DNA of 31,288 nt from a virus (taxonomy: Duplodnaviria; Caudoviricetes): the IMG/VR virus record IMGVR_UViG_3300017658_000231, positions 1 through 31,288 of that record; one strand, given 5' to 3'. The first letter of the stretch is position 1, and each line of letters begins with the position of its first letter. The notes beneath the pieces are model-generated. The model was not told the origin of the DNA, searched no databases, and saw nothing but the letters and a program-made list of their open reading frames with translations. Of this stretch, positions 14,449 to 22,638 are shown piece by piece. Made by a program: the position numbers and the translations under genes.

Positions 14449-16707
14449 ATGGCAAATACCGGCACGATCAGAATTCGATCCGTCGTTGATCCCAATGGGG
14501 TGAATGACGGTCTGAAAGGAATCAGTTCCCGCATTCGTGGCTTTGAGAGTTCGTTCTCACGTTCCCGTGGGATGACCGGATACATCGATTCGATGGTGAC
14601 GGGTTTCGCCAAAGCGGGTCTGGCGATTCAAGGCGTGAGAACAATCGTCGGTGGTCTGGCGTCCGTGGTCTCCGCTCCGTTGGCTCTGGCTGCTGCCGCA
14701 CAGCAAACCCAAGTCTCGTTTGAGGTGATGACTTCCAGTGCGGAAACCGCTTCCAAACTGGTCGCCGATCTCAGAACAATGGGAGCGGCCACGCCCTTTG
14801 AGTTCGCCGATCTGTCTCAGGCAACCACTGTGCTATTGTCATTTGGTAGAACGTCTCAGGATGTTCTCAGGGATTTGGACATGTTGTCCAACGTCGCCAG
14901 TGGGAACAAAGACAAGCTCGCTGGTTTGTCGGTCGTCTATGGTCAGGTGGCTTCGGCTGGAAAGCTGATGGGCGGCGATGTTCTCCAGATGATAAATCAG
15001 GGTTTCAACCCCCTGAATGAAATCGCCAAGCGAACCGGCGAATCCATGTCTGATCTCCGCTCCCGAATGAGCAAGGGCAATGTTTCGTTCGAGGAAGTGC
15101 GTCAGGCGTTTGAGGATGCGACTTCGGCAGGTGGACAATTCTTTCAAATGAACGACAAGCAGTCGAAAACATTGAGCGGGTTGTGGTCCACGTTGCAGGA
15201 CGAAACCAGTTCCGCCTTGCAGATGATCGGAGAAGAACTGGTTTCCACCTTCGATCTTTCGGAAGTCGTTGCATCCATTACAACTTTTGTATCGGTCCTG
15301 AAATCCGAGTATCTCCCTGTGATTGTCTCCAATCTGCAATACGTCCTGCATCTGGTGAGTGCATTCGCCGACTGGAAGCGGGTTCTTTCCACCGTCATTC
15401 CGGTGATCTTTGGAGTCGTCACGGTGATGACTGCTGTTGTGGCGGTCCAGAAGGCGATTGCGATGGGACAGGCGATAGTTCTCGCCCTGTCCGGTCCTGC
15501 CGGTTGGGCAACCCTCGCTGCGGGCGCAGCCATTGGAGCGGGTGCTTACTACGCTCTTTCGGGCGTGATGTCCGGCGTTTCGGACGAGATGGCAAAAGCC
15601 ACTGCGGAAGCCAAGAAACTCAATCAGGAAACCGGTAAGGACCAATCAAAATCTCCTGACTCCAAACCCGTCCGGCAGGATCAGTCCGGTATCGATGACA
15701 AGATCAAACAGGTCACGAAAGACCTGAAAGCATTGAGTGGCGAGGCGAACAGTACAGCCGACACCTTGCAGGACATGCTCGACAAGGGAGCATCTCCGCA
15801 GAAAGTTGCTCAACTCAAAAAACTGCTGGACCAACTGGACCGAGCCAAGAAAGAAGACACCGAAAACAAGAAACTTAAAGGTGCTGCCGACAGGATCAAG
15901 GAACAGACAAAATCCGTCTCGGATCAGTTGCAGGAACAGTTCGATCAGATTGACAAGATTCACGAGAAGATGGATGAGAATGGAAACCCGTTGATCTCGA
16001 TTGAGCAGATGGTGCAGGCAAAAGAGAACGCACGAAAATCATTGTTGTCTTCCATCATTCCCGATGATGAATGGGCGACGTTCAACGACAAGGTAGCTGA
16101 ACTCAATGATCTCATGAAAAACGGCTGGATTGATGCTGCGGACGTGGCGAAGGCGACGATGGCGGCTCTGCCGTCCGAGATCGCTTCCGCCATTGAAGCG
16201 AGCAAAACTCCGTTGCAGAAGTATGAGGAACAGCTTGCCAAGCTCCAAAAAGGTGTTGATGCCGGTGTCCTTTCACCTGAACAAATGAAGAAGGCTTCCA
16301 TGTCCGCTCTGCCTCAATCGGTTCAACAGGCGATTGAGGACGCCAAGACTCCACTCCAGAAATACAAGGAACAACTGGCCGAACTGGAATCGTTCCGTGG
16401 GAAGGATGGTGTCACGGATGAAGTTCTCGCAAAAGCTCAGAAGAAGTTGAAGCAGGACATCTTCGGGGGTGGTGAAAGTGGTGGAAACAACCGGCTGGCT
16501 GACCTGCAACTGTATGGATCGGCTGGTGCCAGAGACTCCATCATCCGTCACCAGATGAGACTGGCTGGTATTGATTCTCCCAACGAGAAGCTGCTGAAAG
16601 AGACACAGGCGCAGACCAAGTATCAGATGGCAATGGCAGAGGCAACCAAAGAGACGGCGAAGAACACCAAGCAGAAACCGGCTGGGAAGCCGTCCAGCCT
16701 GAACTGA
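14449..16707 (+). CDS. Tail tape measure protein
   Basis: Tape-measure domain (SFEVMT.SAE.A, TPFE, YGQV.SAGKL.G.DVLQ), Ala/Gly-rich hydrophobic middle, KTPLQKY repeats. Confidence 0.95.
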   Translation: MANTGTIRIRSVVDPNGVNDGLKGISSRIRGFESSFSRSRGMTGYIDSMVTGFAKAGLAIQGVRTIVGGLASVVSAPLALAAAAQQTQVSFEVMTSSAETASKLVADLRTMGAATPFEFADLSQATTVLLSFGRTSQDVLRDLDMLSNVASGNKDKLAGLSVVYGQVASAGKLMGGDVLQMINQGFNPLNEIAKRTGESMSDLRSRMSKGNVSFEEVRQAFEDATSAGGQFFQMNDKQSKTLSGLWSTLQDETSSALQMIGEELVSTFDLSEVVASITTFVSVLKSEYLPVIVSNLQYVLHLVSAFADWKRVLSTVIPVIFGVVTVMTAVVAVQKAIAMGQAIVLALSGPAGWATLAAGAAIGAGAYYALSGVMSGVSDEMAKATAEAKKLNQETGKDQSKSPDSKPVRQDQSGIDDKIKQVTKDLKALSGEANSTADTLQDMLDKGASPQKVAQLKKLLDQLDRAKKEDTENKKLKGAADRIKEQTKSVSDQLQEQFDQIDKIHEKMDENGNPLISIEQMVQAKENARKSLLSSIIPDDEWATFNDKVAELNDLMKNGWIDAADVAKATMAALPSEIASAIEASKTPLQKYEEQLAKLQKGVDAGVLSPEQMKKASMSALPQSVQQAIEDAKTPLQKYKEQLAELESFRGKDGVTDEVLAKAQKKLKQDIFGGGESGGNNRLADLQLYGSAGARDSIIRHQMRLAGIDSPNEKLLKETQAQTKYQMAMAEATKETAKNTKQKPAGKPSSLN
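15277..15293. promoter_or_regulatory. 17-bp palindrome copy inside TMP (ATTACAACTTTTGTATC)
   Basis: Flanked by CC/GG like copies at 3806 and 20640. Confidence 0.6.
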
Positions 16708-16723
16708 TTTCCATTCCAATTGG

Positions 16724-16731
16724 AATAGATA
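16724..16731 (+). promoter_or_regulatory. Putative late-promoter box AATAGATA
   Basis: 4 nt before ATG 16736. Confidence 0.5.
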
Positions 16732-16735
16732 GTTC

Positions 16736-17578
16736 ATGGCAATTTCTTTCAATCAGGTTGATTCATCCGGCAAATACTCGCTCAACGAGGGGGGCAGCTA
16801 CACGCTGATCTACGATGTCCACGATACCTCAGTGGTTCTCGGTCCGGTTCGGGCACGGTTCGCAATTCTGGATCATCTGGGAATCCAGTACGGCTCAACG
16901 TATTCCGATCCGGTCAGCGGCGACTATGACAACAATGCCTATCTCATTGATGTCGATACCAGCAAAGTCAGCGACAACGGGTTTCAGAGAACGGCATTGT
17001 TGTCGTATCAATATATGGGGACGAACCCCAACCCGTTGCTGCAACCGCTCAGATATTCTGGCGGAAGTTCTCCGGGTTTCGAGCGTGTCGTCTGGCGTGA
17101 TAGTCAGGGTTCTCCAATACAAAACAGTGCGGGAGATCAATACGCTCAACCCGTGACCGTTCCGGGCTACATCGCCAACTTTGGCATCTCGAAATACTTT
17201 TCCTCGATCCCGTTCTATCTCGACAACTTCGTCGATTCCGTTTGTGCGGACGGGTTTCTGGGACGGTCGGCGAAGACCGTCAAGCTGATCGACTGGTCTT
17301 ACAATGGCCCAACGTATCACCCCGTCTACGGCTCGTATGTGGATGTCTCAGCGACGTTCTCCGTGAACCCCGAAGGTTGGGACTTGCTCATTCTGGATCA
17401 GGGTCTCAAGCAGATCGGCGACGATGGGAAGCTGGCTCCCATTCTCTATAAGGGTTCGGAGATCACGGAGCCTGCCAACCTCAACGGAGCAGGGAAGGTC
17501 TTGTCTGCCGGTCCAGCGGTCTTTCGCAGGCACACGGTGAACTATGTGATTCCGTGGGGAGGGCTGGGTTTTGTCTAA
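16736..17578 (+). CDS. Putative distal tail/tail-tip protein
   Basis: Directly after TMP; beta-rich composition. Confidence 0.65.
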   Translation: MAISFNQVDSSGKYSLNEGGSYTLIYDVHDTSVVLGPVRARFAILDHLGIQYGSTYSDPVSGDYDNNAYLIDVDTSKVSDNGFQRTALLSYQYMGTNPNPLLQPLRYSGGSSPGFERVVWRDSQGSPIQNSAGDQYAQPVTVPGYIANFGISKYFSSIPFYLDNFVDSVCADGFLGRSAKTVKLIDWSYNGPTYHPVYGSYVDVSATFSVNPEGWDLLILDQGLKQIGDDGKLAPILYKGSEITEPANLNGAGKVLSAGPAVFRRHTVNYVIPWGGLGFV

Positions 17579-18287
17579 GATCAACTACAACGAACGAGCA
17601 GATAAGAGAATCACCAATGCCGTGAACTGGGTGGAGAAACAACGTCAGCCGGTCACGACGAGAACGTTTACTGGGGTTGCGGGAACGTTCATTGAAGGTT
17701 TTCTGAATGAAGACTTGGATGCTCCTGACGATGAGGAGGACTATACCGAAGCGGAGATGCGAATTTATCGGGGTGAGAAGGATGAGTGGCAGCAGAACAC
17801 GATTGACAGTGAGGAGGAAGTCGTTGTCGTCAGAAACAGGGACATCAATTTCTCGGCTGATGAGGACGACCGGATCGCCTGTTTTCGGATCAATGGAGAG
17901 TGGCGACCGTTTGCCGGTGGGTCGATCCCCAAGAACCTCTGTATCGAACTGTTCGGCGATCCGCAGGGGGGAAGCTTCAACATCACGATCAAACGCAGAA
18001 CCTACGATTCCGAGGGGAACGAAGTGTTGTCGGCGGAAGCGGAAGTCGAAATCGCCATGTCGTCTGCGAGTGTGGACGGCGTGCGGGACGCATTCGTGGA
18101 TTCCGGCTTGTACGAAGAGGACGAGATTGAATCGGTCGGTGCTGGACATTTGCCGGTTGAAGGGGTTCGCCTGAAATTCGTTCAGGGAGCGAAGCTGAAA
18201 GACTGTCTGATCCAGTCCGTGAACACGGATGATCTGACGGATTGCTGTCATCGTCCCTATGCCCGTATCAGGAGAATCGGGATATGA
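17571..18287 (+). CDS. Putative tail-tip protein (acidic)
   Basis: TTG start with GGAGG SD, overlaps previous stop. Confidence 0.65.
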   Translation: MSKINYNERADKRITNAVNWVEKQRQPVTTRTFTGVAGTFIEGFLNEDLDAPDDEEDYTEAEMRIYRGEKDEWQQNTIDSEEEVVVVRNRDINFSADEDDRIACFRINGEWRPFAGGSIPKNLCIELFGDPQGGSFNITIKRRTYDSEGNEVLSAEAEVEIAMSSASVDGVRDAFVDSGLYEEDEIESVGAGHLPVEGVRLKFVQGAKLKDCLIQSVNTDDLTDCCHRPYARIRRIGI

Positions 18288-19588
18288 TCTACGATGACAG
18301 ATACGATCTGGCGGAATCGACTCCCAAGCCGGAAGGCGAGCGGTATTCTTTCCTGTTGATGGACCTGAATGGTCGCTACCAGTTTTCGAGCCGGTCCAAC
18401 TTCGCCGAATACCTTGAGCTATCCACATCACGGGTCTGCATTTTTGACAACGACAATATCGGCGTTCTCAGGAACAAATATGTTTCGGGAGTGGGAACAT
18501 GGCATTACGGGCTGCTGGATGGGAATGGCAAGCCGCAGCAGGAAGAGATCACGATGCTGGAGGACTACGAACTGCTTTCGGGTGTCTGGCGATTGAGCGA
18601 TGAAAAGTTCGCCATCAACATCTTTGATGCTCCCGATGAGACTGAAAGCTGGCGAGGGATCAACTGGCTGATCTTCTCACCAGACGGAACTTACAAAGAG
18701 ACTCACTTTTCAGACACTCTCAACACAATTCTGTCGTGGTTCGTGTCGGAAAATGGAGATGTCTACTGTCTGCGACTGGATGACCTGATTCTTTCGGTGG
18801 ATCACTGGAGCTATGACTCCGAGGAGATCACCAGCACAACTATTGATGATGACTTCTATTCTTCGGAGTCAATCTGGCAGTGGGACGGGGGATCAATCCC
18901 CTACCAGAGCCAGTGCAAATTCTGCATCGTTGATGGTGAAGTCTACCGCTTGGCGAAAAATCTGAGTTTTGCCACATCCCATACTTGGGTTGTCAGCGAG
19001 AACCATGAAGCCAATCTGGGCGGGAGGATTGATGGTCTGCTCTATCGTGACTCTTACCTGTGGATATTGGCGCAGGCGAGTTCGTCCACATGGAAGCTGC
19101 ACAAGCTGAACCCTGACCTGACCACCGCCGCTGTGTCGGAAGTCCTGACAATCCCCAGCGGTACGACCGTCCGACCTCTCATGAGCCATGACTCGGGAAA
19201 GATTCTGGTGAACTGGATCAATGGCAACACCGACGATCCCAACGTCATCTGTCTGAATGATGACTGCGAGGTGCTGTGGTCCGGCTTACCAGAAGAACTG
19301 CGAACGGACAGGTCATCACTCAATCAGATCACATGGATCGAGAATGGATATGTCTGGGCGATGGTGAACTGGCAGGTGGACAAACTGGAGGACTGGTGCG
19401 AACAAAAGGACTGGCTTGTTTGTTGTTCCGCCGAATCGGGTGAGATGAGGTGGCGGCATCGTTTCACACGGGGAGACACCTTTCAGGTGATGTCAGTTGG
19501 AAATCTGGTGGCGAACGCTGTCTATCAGGAGAAGAGCTTCGGGGGTTGTGATTCTGAGCTTCTTCATCCTGATGAGGACGAATTGTGA
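18284..19588 (+). CDS. Putative tail/receptor-binding protein, possibly beta-propeller
   Basis: ATGA overlap; Trp-rich with repeated (D/S)G..W motifs such as ESGEMRWR. Confidence 0.6.
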   Translation: MIYDDRYDLAESTPKPEGERYSFLLMDLNGRYQFSSRSNFAEYLELSTSRVCIFDNDNIGVLRNKYVSGVGTWHYGLLDGNGKPQQEEITMLEDYELLSGVWRLSDEKFAINIFDAPDETESWRGINWLIFSPDGTYKETHFSDTLNTILSWFVSENGDVYCLRLDDLILSVDHWSYDSEEITSTTIDDDFYSSESIWQWDGGSIPYQSQCKFCIVDGEVYRLAKNLSFATSHTWVVSENHEANLGGRIDGLLYRDSYLWILAQASSSTWKLHKLNPDLTTAAVSEVLTIPSGTTVRPLMSHDSGKILVNWINGNTDDPNVICLNDDCEVLWSGLPEELRTDRSSLNQITWIENGYVWAMVNWQVDKLEDWCEQKDWLVCCSAESGEMRWRHRFTRGDTFQVMSVGNLVANAVYQEKSFGGCDSELLHPDEDEL

Positions 19589-19595
19589 TTGGACT

Positions 19596-19603
19596 CATAG
19601 ATA
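19596..19603 (+). promoter_or_regulatory. Putative late-promoter box CATAGATA
   Basis: 4 nt before ATG 19608; CATAG/CTATG stem. Confidence 0.55.
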
Positions 19604-19607
19604 GACT

Positions 19608-20975
19608 ATGCCTTTCGACGACAACATTTTCTGGAATAGCAACGAACAAAACGCAAAGAAACTTTTGCAACAAGGCAGGAAATGGGGAAAGAAGCCCGAA
19701 GCCCAACCGGACTTTGCACCACTATCCGACAAACTGCAAGAAGTCGCTGCCAAGCTGGCGGAACAAGGCATCTGGACCGATCCCCAAGTCAGCGAGATTG
19801 AAGCCTATCAGAATTTCGTGCGGGTGTGGGACGCTGTGGAGCGAGGCGACAATATCACGTTGTCCGCCTTGTCTGGTGGATATGGATATGGCGATTCTTA
19901 CGATGAGACAGCAGAAGGTGGCGTCCTTGTTGGTGGTGGAAGCAGACGTTCCATCATCTATACTGAGGATGGAACTTGCGGGGAAGTCGAATATCTGGAC
20001 GATGATTGTTACTACACAGATTCAGACTTTGACTCTCACACAGTGGGCAGCACTGGACAAGTTCATATCACTGCCACAGCATTCTTTCGAGAATGCACGC
20101 TGAATCTATATGACAGTGATTCCACTTCTATCACTTACTATTGGACCGATGGAACGGATTATGTCGAACTCTATTTTTCAGAAGGCTTGATACGCTGTTC
20201 TTATTCCGTCGATGGCTTCATTCCGTATATTGCGGAACATGTTCCCGACGACAAGCCGGACATGTTCAACAAGCTGGACTTTGGATTCAGCTTTACTTGG
20301 TATGACATCAATGTCATTTGGGACGGTGGGAATTGTGTCTTCGGCACGCTCCCCTGCCAGAAGGTCGCCACGGGTGGACTGCTCGCTGGCGGAAGTGCAG
20401 TGGTCCTCAGCGGTGATGTCTTCCACGAAGTGGCTGATGGTGGTGTCTTCGCCGGTGGGGAGTGTTCCCACACAATCATTGCATGGGAGAGCGCTACGGG
20501 CGGATTGCTGGCGGCTGGTGAAGCCGACTTGGAAGTGGTCCAGATGGTCGGGGGACTGGTTGCTGGTGGCAGTGCCACTGTCTCAACCAGACTGAGCGGA
20601 ATGTCTCTGGGCGGAATGCTGGCAGGTGGGGAGTGTTCCAATACAAAAATTGTATTGGAGACGGCGGCGGGGGGAGTGGTCGCTGGGGGAGCGGCAACCC
20701 TGCCGAACTCCGCTGGTTATCTCTACCGGACCACGCTGACGATAGCGGCGGAACAACTGACTGCTGATCTGCATTCGTTTTATGTTGGCAAGGTGGTTGC
20801 TCTGCCGGTGGAACTCCCACTGGATTCGACCTTTCTTGTCACAGACATTCACGGCAACATCAAAGACCACGAGATCAGGAACTTCGATGGTTCGACGGTC
20901 TGGATTTTCTTCCGTGCTGACCTGTCTGCTTCCATCGACAACGAATTTTTCGTGTTCTCGGGAGGAAATCCATGA
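19608..20975 (+). CDS. Gly-rich repeat virion protein with C-terminal DUF2341-like domain
   Basis: About seven GGxxxGG repeats; C-terminal YRTTLTI...DHEIRNFDG..WIFFRADLS. Confidence 0.65.
   Translation: MPFDDNIFWNSNEQNAKKLLQQGRKWGKKPEAQPDFAPLSDKLQEVAAKLAEQGIWTDPQVSEIEAYQNFVRVWDAVERGDNITLSALSGGYGYGDSYDETAEGGVLVGGGSRRSIIYTEDGTCGEVEYLDDDCYYTDSDFDSHTVGSTGQVHITATAFFRECTLNLYDSDSTSITYYWTDGTDYVELYFSEGLIRCSYSVDGFIPYIAEHVPDDKPDMFNKLDFGFSFTWYDINVIWDGGNCVFGTLPCQKVATGGLLAGGSAVVLSGDVFHEVADGGVFAGGECSHTIIAWESATGGLLAAGEADLEVVQMVGGLVAGGSATVSTRLSGMSLGGMLAGGECSNTKIVLETAAGGVVAGGAATLPNSAGYLYRTTLTIAAEQLTADLHSFYVGKVVALPVELPLDSTFLVTDIHGNIKDHEIRNFDGSTVWIFFRADLSASIDNEFFVFSGGNP
20640..20656. promoter_or_regulatory. 17-bp palindrome copy (intragenic; 10-bp arms 20637-20659)
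   Basis: TCCAATACAA-AAA-TTGTATTGGA. Confidence 0.65.
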
Positions 20976-21796
20976 CATTTTGTCCCTGCAATACAATCGA
21001 TGAACTTGCATCAGGCGGCGCATCACTTGGCGGTTCTGCCGATGTCTCCACCTACGTTCCGGCAGGAGTTGTTCTCGGTGGTTCGGCGATTGTGGAAGTG
21101 CGTCCTGATCCGTGGGATGGAATGGTCTTCGTGCTTCCGCTCGATGAGGACGGCACAACCTTTCTGGATCGAACCAAGAACCACTTGGACGGCACGAGTG
21201 ATACCGCCACGTCTCCCACAATCGATGCTGGCGTGTTCTGTTTACCATCCCAGTATTTTGATGAGCGGGACTTCATCACGTTGCCACAGGACACCCTGAG
21301 AGCCACGCAAGGGTTCACGGTCTCGATGTGGTTGAAACTCGACAGTGAGTTCCAAGAGAGAACATTTTATTCCAGAGGCATTGAAGTCGATGGACACCCG
21401 ATGACGTTCAGTTTCGGGCATTCTTTCCTGAATCACTTATGGGCGAAGATCGTCTTGGGAGAAGAGGAGACGGTCTATGACGCATTCAGCGAACCTATCC
21501 CAAGTGGAAAGTGGTTTCACGTTGCCGCCTCGTGGTCGCCGTCCGAGAAACTCAGAGTGTTTCTGAATGGCATTCTCGTCGGCTCTGTCGAGACACCGGA
21601 AACTTCCATGCTGGCGACCACCAACGGCAGTCAGTTAGGGCGACGAAACCAGTCACAATCTTTGACCGGCAATTTGCAGGAAGTGCGTCTTCATCCAGTC
21701 GCTCGTGGTTCTGATTGGTTGGCAGCGGAGTATTCCAATTTTTGTCATGCGGATTTTTGTGTTCAGGGCGAAACCATCGAAGCGGTCTCGGAATGA
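20972..21796 (+). CDS. LamG/concanavalin-A-like domain protein
   Basis: FTVSMWLK, GKWFHVAASW, LRVFLNG, LTGNLQEVR. Confidence 0.85.
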   Translation: MTFCPCNTIDELASGGASLGGSADVSTYVPAGVVLGGSAIVEVRPDPWDGMVFVLPLDEDGTTFLDRTKNHLDGTSDTATSPTIDAGVFCLPSQYFDERDFITLPQDTLRATQGFTVSMWLKLDSEFQERTFYSRGIEVDGHPMTFSFGHSFLNHLWAKIVLGEEETVYDAFSEPIPSGKWFHVAASWSPSEKLRVFLNGILVGSVETPETSMLATTNGSQLGRRNQSQSLTGNLQEVRLHPVARGSDWLAAEYSNFCHADFCVQGETIEAVSE

Positions 21797-21799
21797 TTC

Positions 21800-21816
21800 G
21801 ACACAAAAATTGTATT
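21800..21816. promoter_or_regulatory. 17-bp palindrome copy (GACACAAAAATTGTATT)
   Basis: Upstream of the sigma-like gene. Confidence 0.65.
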
Positions 21817-21823
21817 GGCAACC

Positions 21824-21831
21824 CTTACCTA
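21824..21831 (+). promoter_or_regulatory. Putative late-promoter box CTTACCTA
   Basis: 4 nt before ATG 21836, no SD. Confidence 0.4.
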
Positions 21832-21835
21832 TTGT

Positions 21836-22285
21836 ATGTGGATATCCAAGACCGAACTGGCAAACGAAATCAACCTGATGACAGTCTCAGGACGGGCATC
21901 GGAACGTCTTGGCAGAATGTTGCTGCTGATCGCAGATGGTGCGGCAAGGAGATATGCAACGGGTTTGGAGCATGATGAGGCGGTCGCAAGTGCGGTCTGT
22001 CATCTGTTGGGCGTGATCGACAGATACGATCCCCACAAGTCTGATGCGTTCTCCTACGTCACCACCATCTGTATCAATCGCTTCCTGCACATGAGGCGTG
22101 AAGTGAGATTTCGCAACGCCCTGCTGGCACATGTCAGATACGAGATGGGCGGCGAGGACTTTCGACCCGAAATTCCAAAATACAAAAATTGCATTGGTTG
22201 CGGGAAAGAAAAACCGGCGTCTGCATTCGGGCAGGATTTCATTCGTGGGTTGGCGAACAAATGCAAAAATTGTAATCGGCGGTGA
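21836..22285 (+). CDS. T4 gp55-like minimal sigma factor (region 2) with C-terminal CxxC..CxxC zinc finger
   Basis: WISKTEL, ERLGRMLLLIA, DEAVASAV, IDRYDPHKSDAFSYVTTICINRFL match the gp55-family pattern as recalled; CIGC...CKNC. Confidence 0.7.
   Translation: MWISKTELANEINLMTVSGRASERLGRMLLLIADGAARRYATGLEHDEAVASAVCHLLGVIDRYDPHKSDAFSYVTTICINRFLHMRREVRFRNALLAHVRYEMGGEDFRPEIPKYKNCIGCGKEKPASAFGQDFIRGLANKCKNCNRR
22179..22276. promoter_or_regulatory. Two palindrome copies inside the sigma gene (22179-22195, 22260-22276)
   Basis: AATACAAAAATTGCATT and AATGCAAAAATTGTAAT. Confidence 0.55.
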
Positions 22286-22433
22286 TCTGTGCTTTACAGC
22301 ACGACTTTATTCTCAAAATCTTTCCAGATTTATCTGCCTCAAATCGTCATCAATCACGGCAACTTTGCCCAAAGATCGCACCGTTTAACGATCTGGAATC
22401 AAAGATCGTGGAAATCCGCAAAGTAGCAAAAAT

Positions 22434-22462
22434 TTGACGCATAAAATCGAGATAGATAAAAT
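22434..22462 (+). promoter_or_regulatory. Sigma70-type promoter TTGACG-17-TAAAAT
   Basis: Near-consensus hexamers with exact 17-nt spacer. Confidence 0.75.
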
Positions 22463-22469
22463 CCGTATC

Positions 22470-22555
22470 GGTATAGTTGGAAGCGTAAACGAATCAGCAC
22501 GGCGACCGCCTCTCCCAAGCTTTCAACTACAACGGGGAGAGGCGGTCATTTTTTT
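22470..22555 (+). ncRNA. Putative ~85-nt sRNA/attenuator leader
   Basis: Promoter, 13-bp stem (22504-22516 with 22535-22547) and T7; 5' segment complementary to the terminator loop. Confidence 0.55.
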
Positions 22556-22638
22556 GGACATAAAATTGAAAGCATAAAAACAAATAGGGTCTCACCCCAA
22601 AATAAATTGAAAGTGAAACCCTATTATATGTCAGTCCA

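Noticed and set aside
14839-15645. Long antisense ORFs (also 10304-10903, 17481-18431, 20583-21248)
   Set aside because: Shadow frames of well-supported phage genes, with no motifs or expression signals
16190-16390. KTPLQKY repeats in the tape measure protein
   Set aside because: Ordinary TMP periodicity
20450-20690. Near-duplicate DNA in gene 19608 as a DGR template/variable repeat pair
   Set aside because: Differences are not adenine-specific and no reverse transcriptase is present; explained by protein repeats
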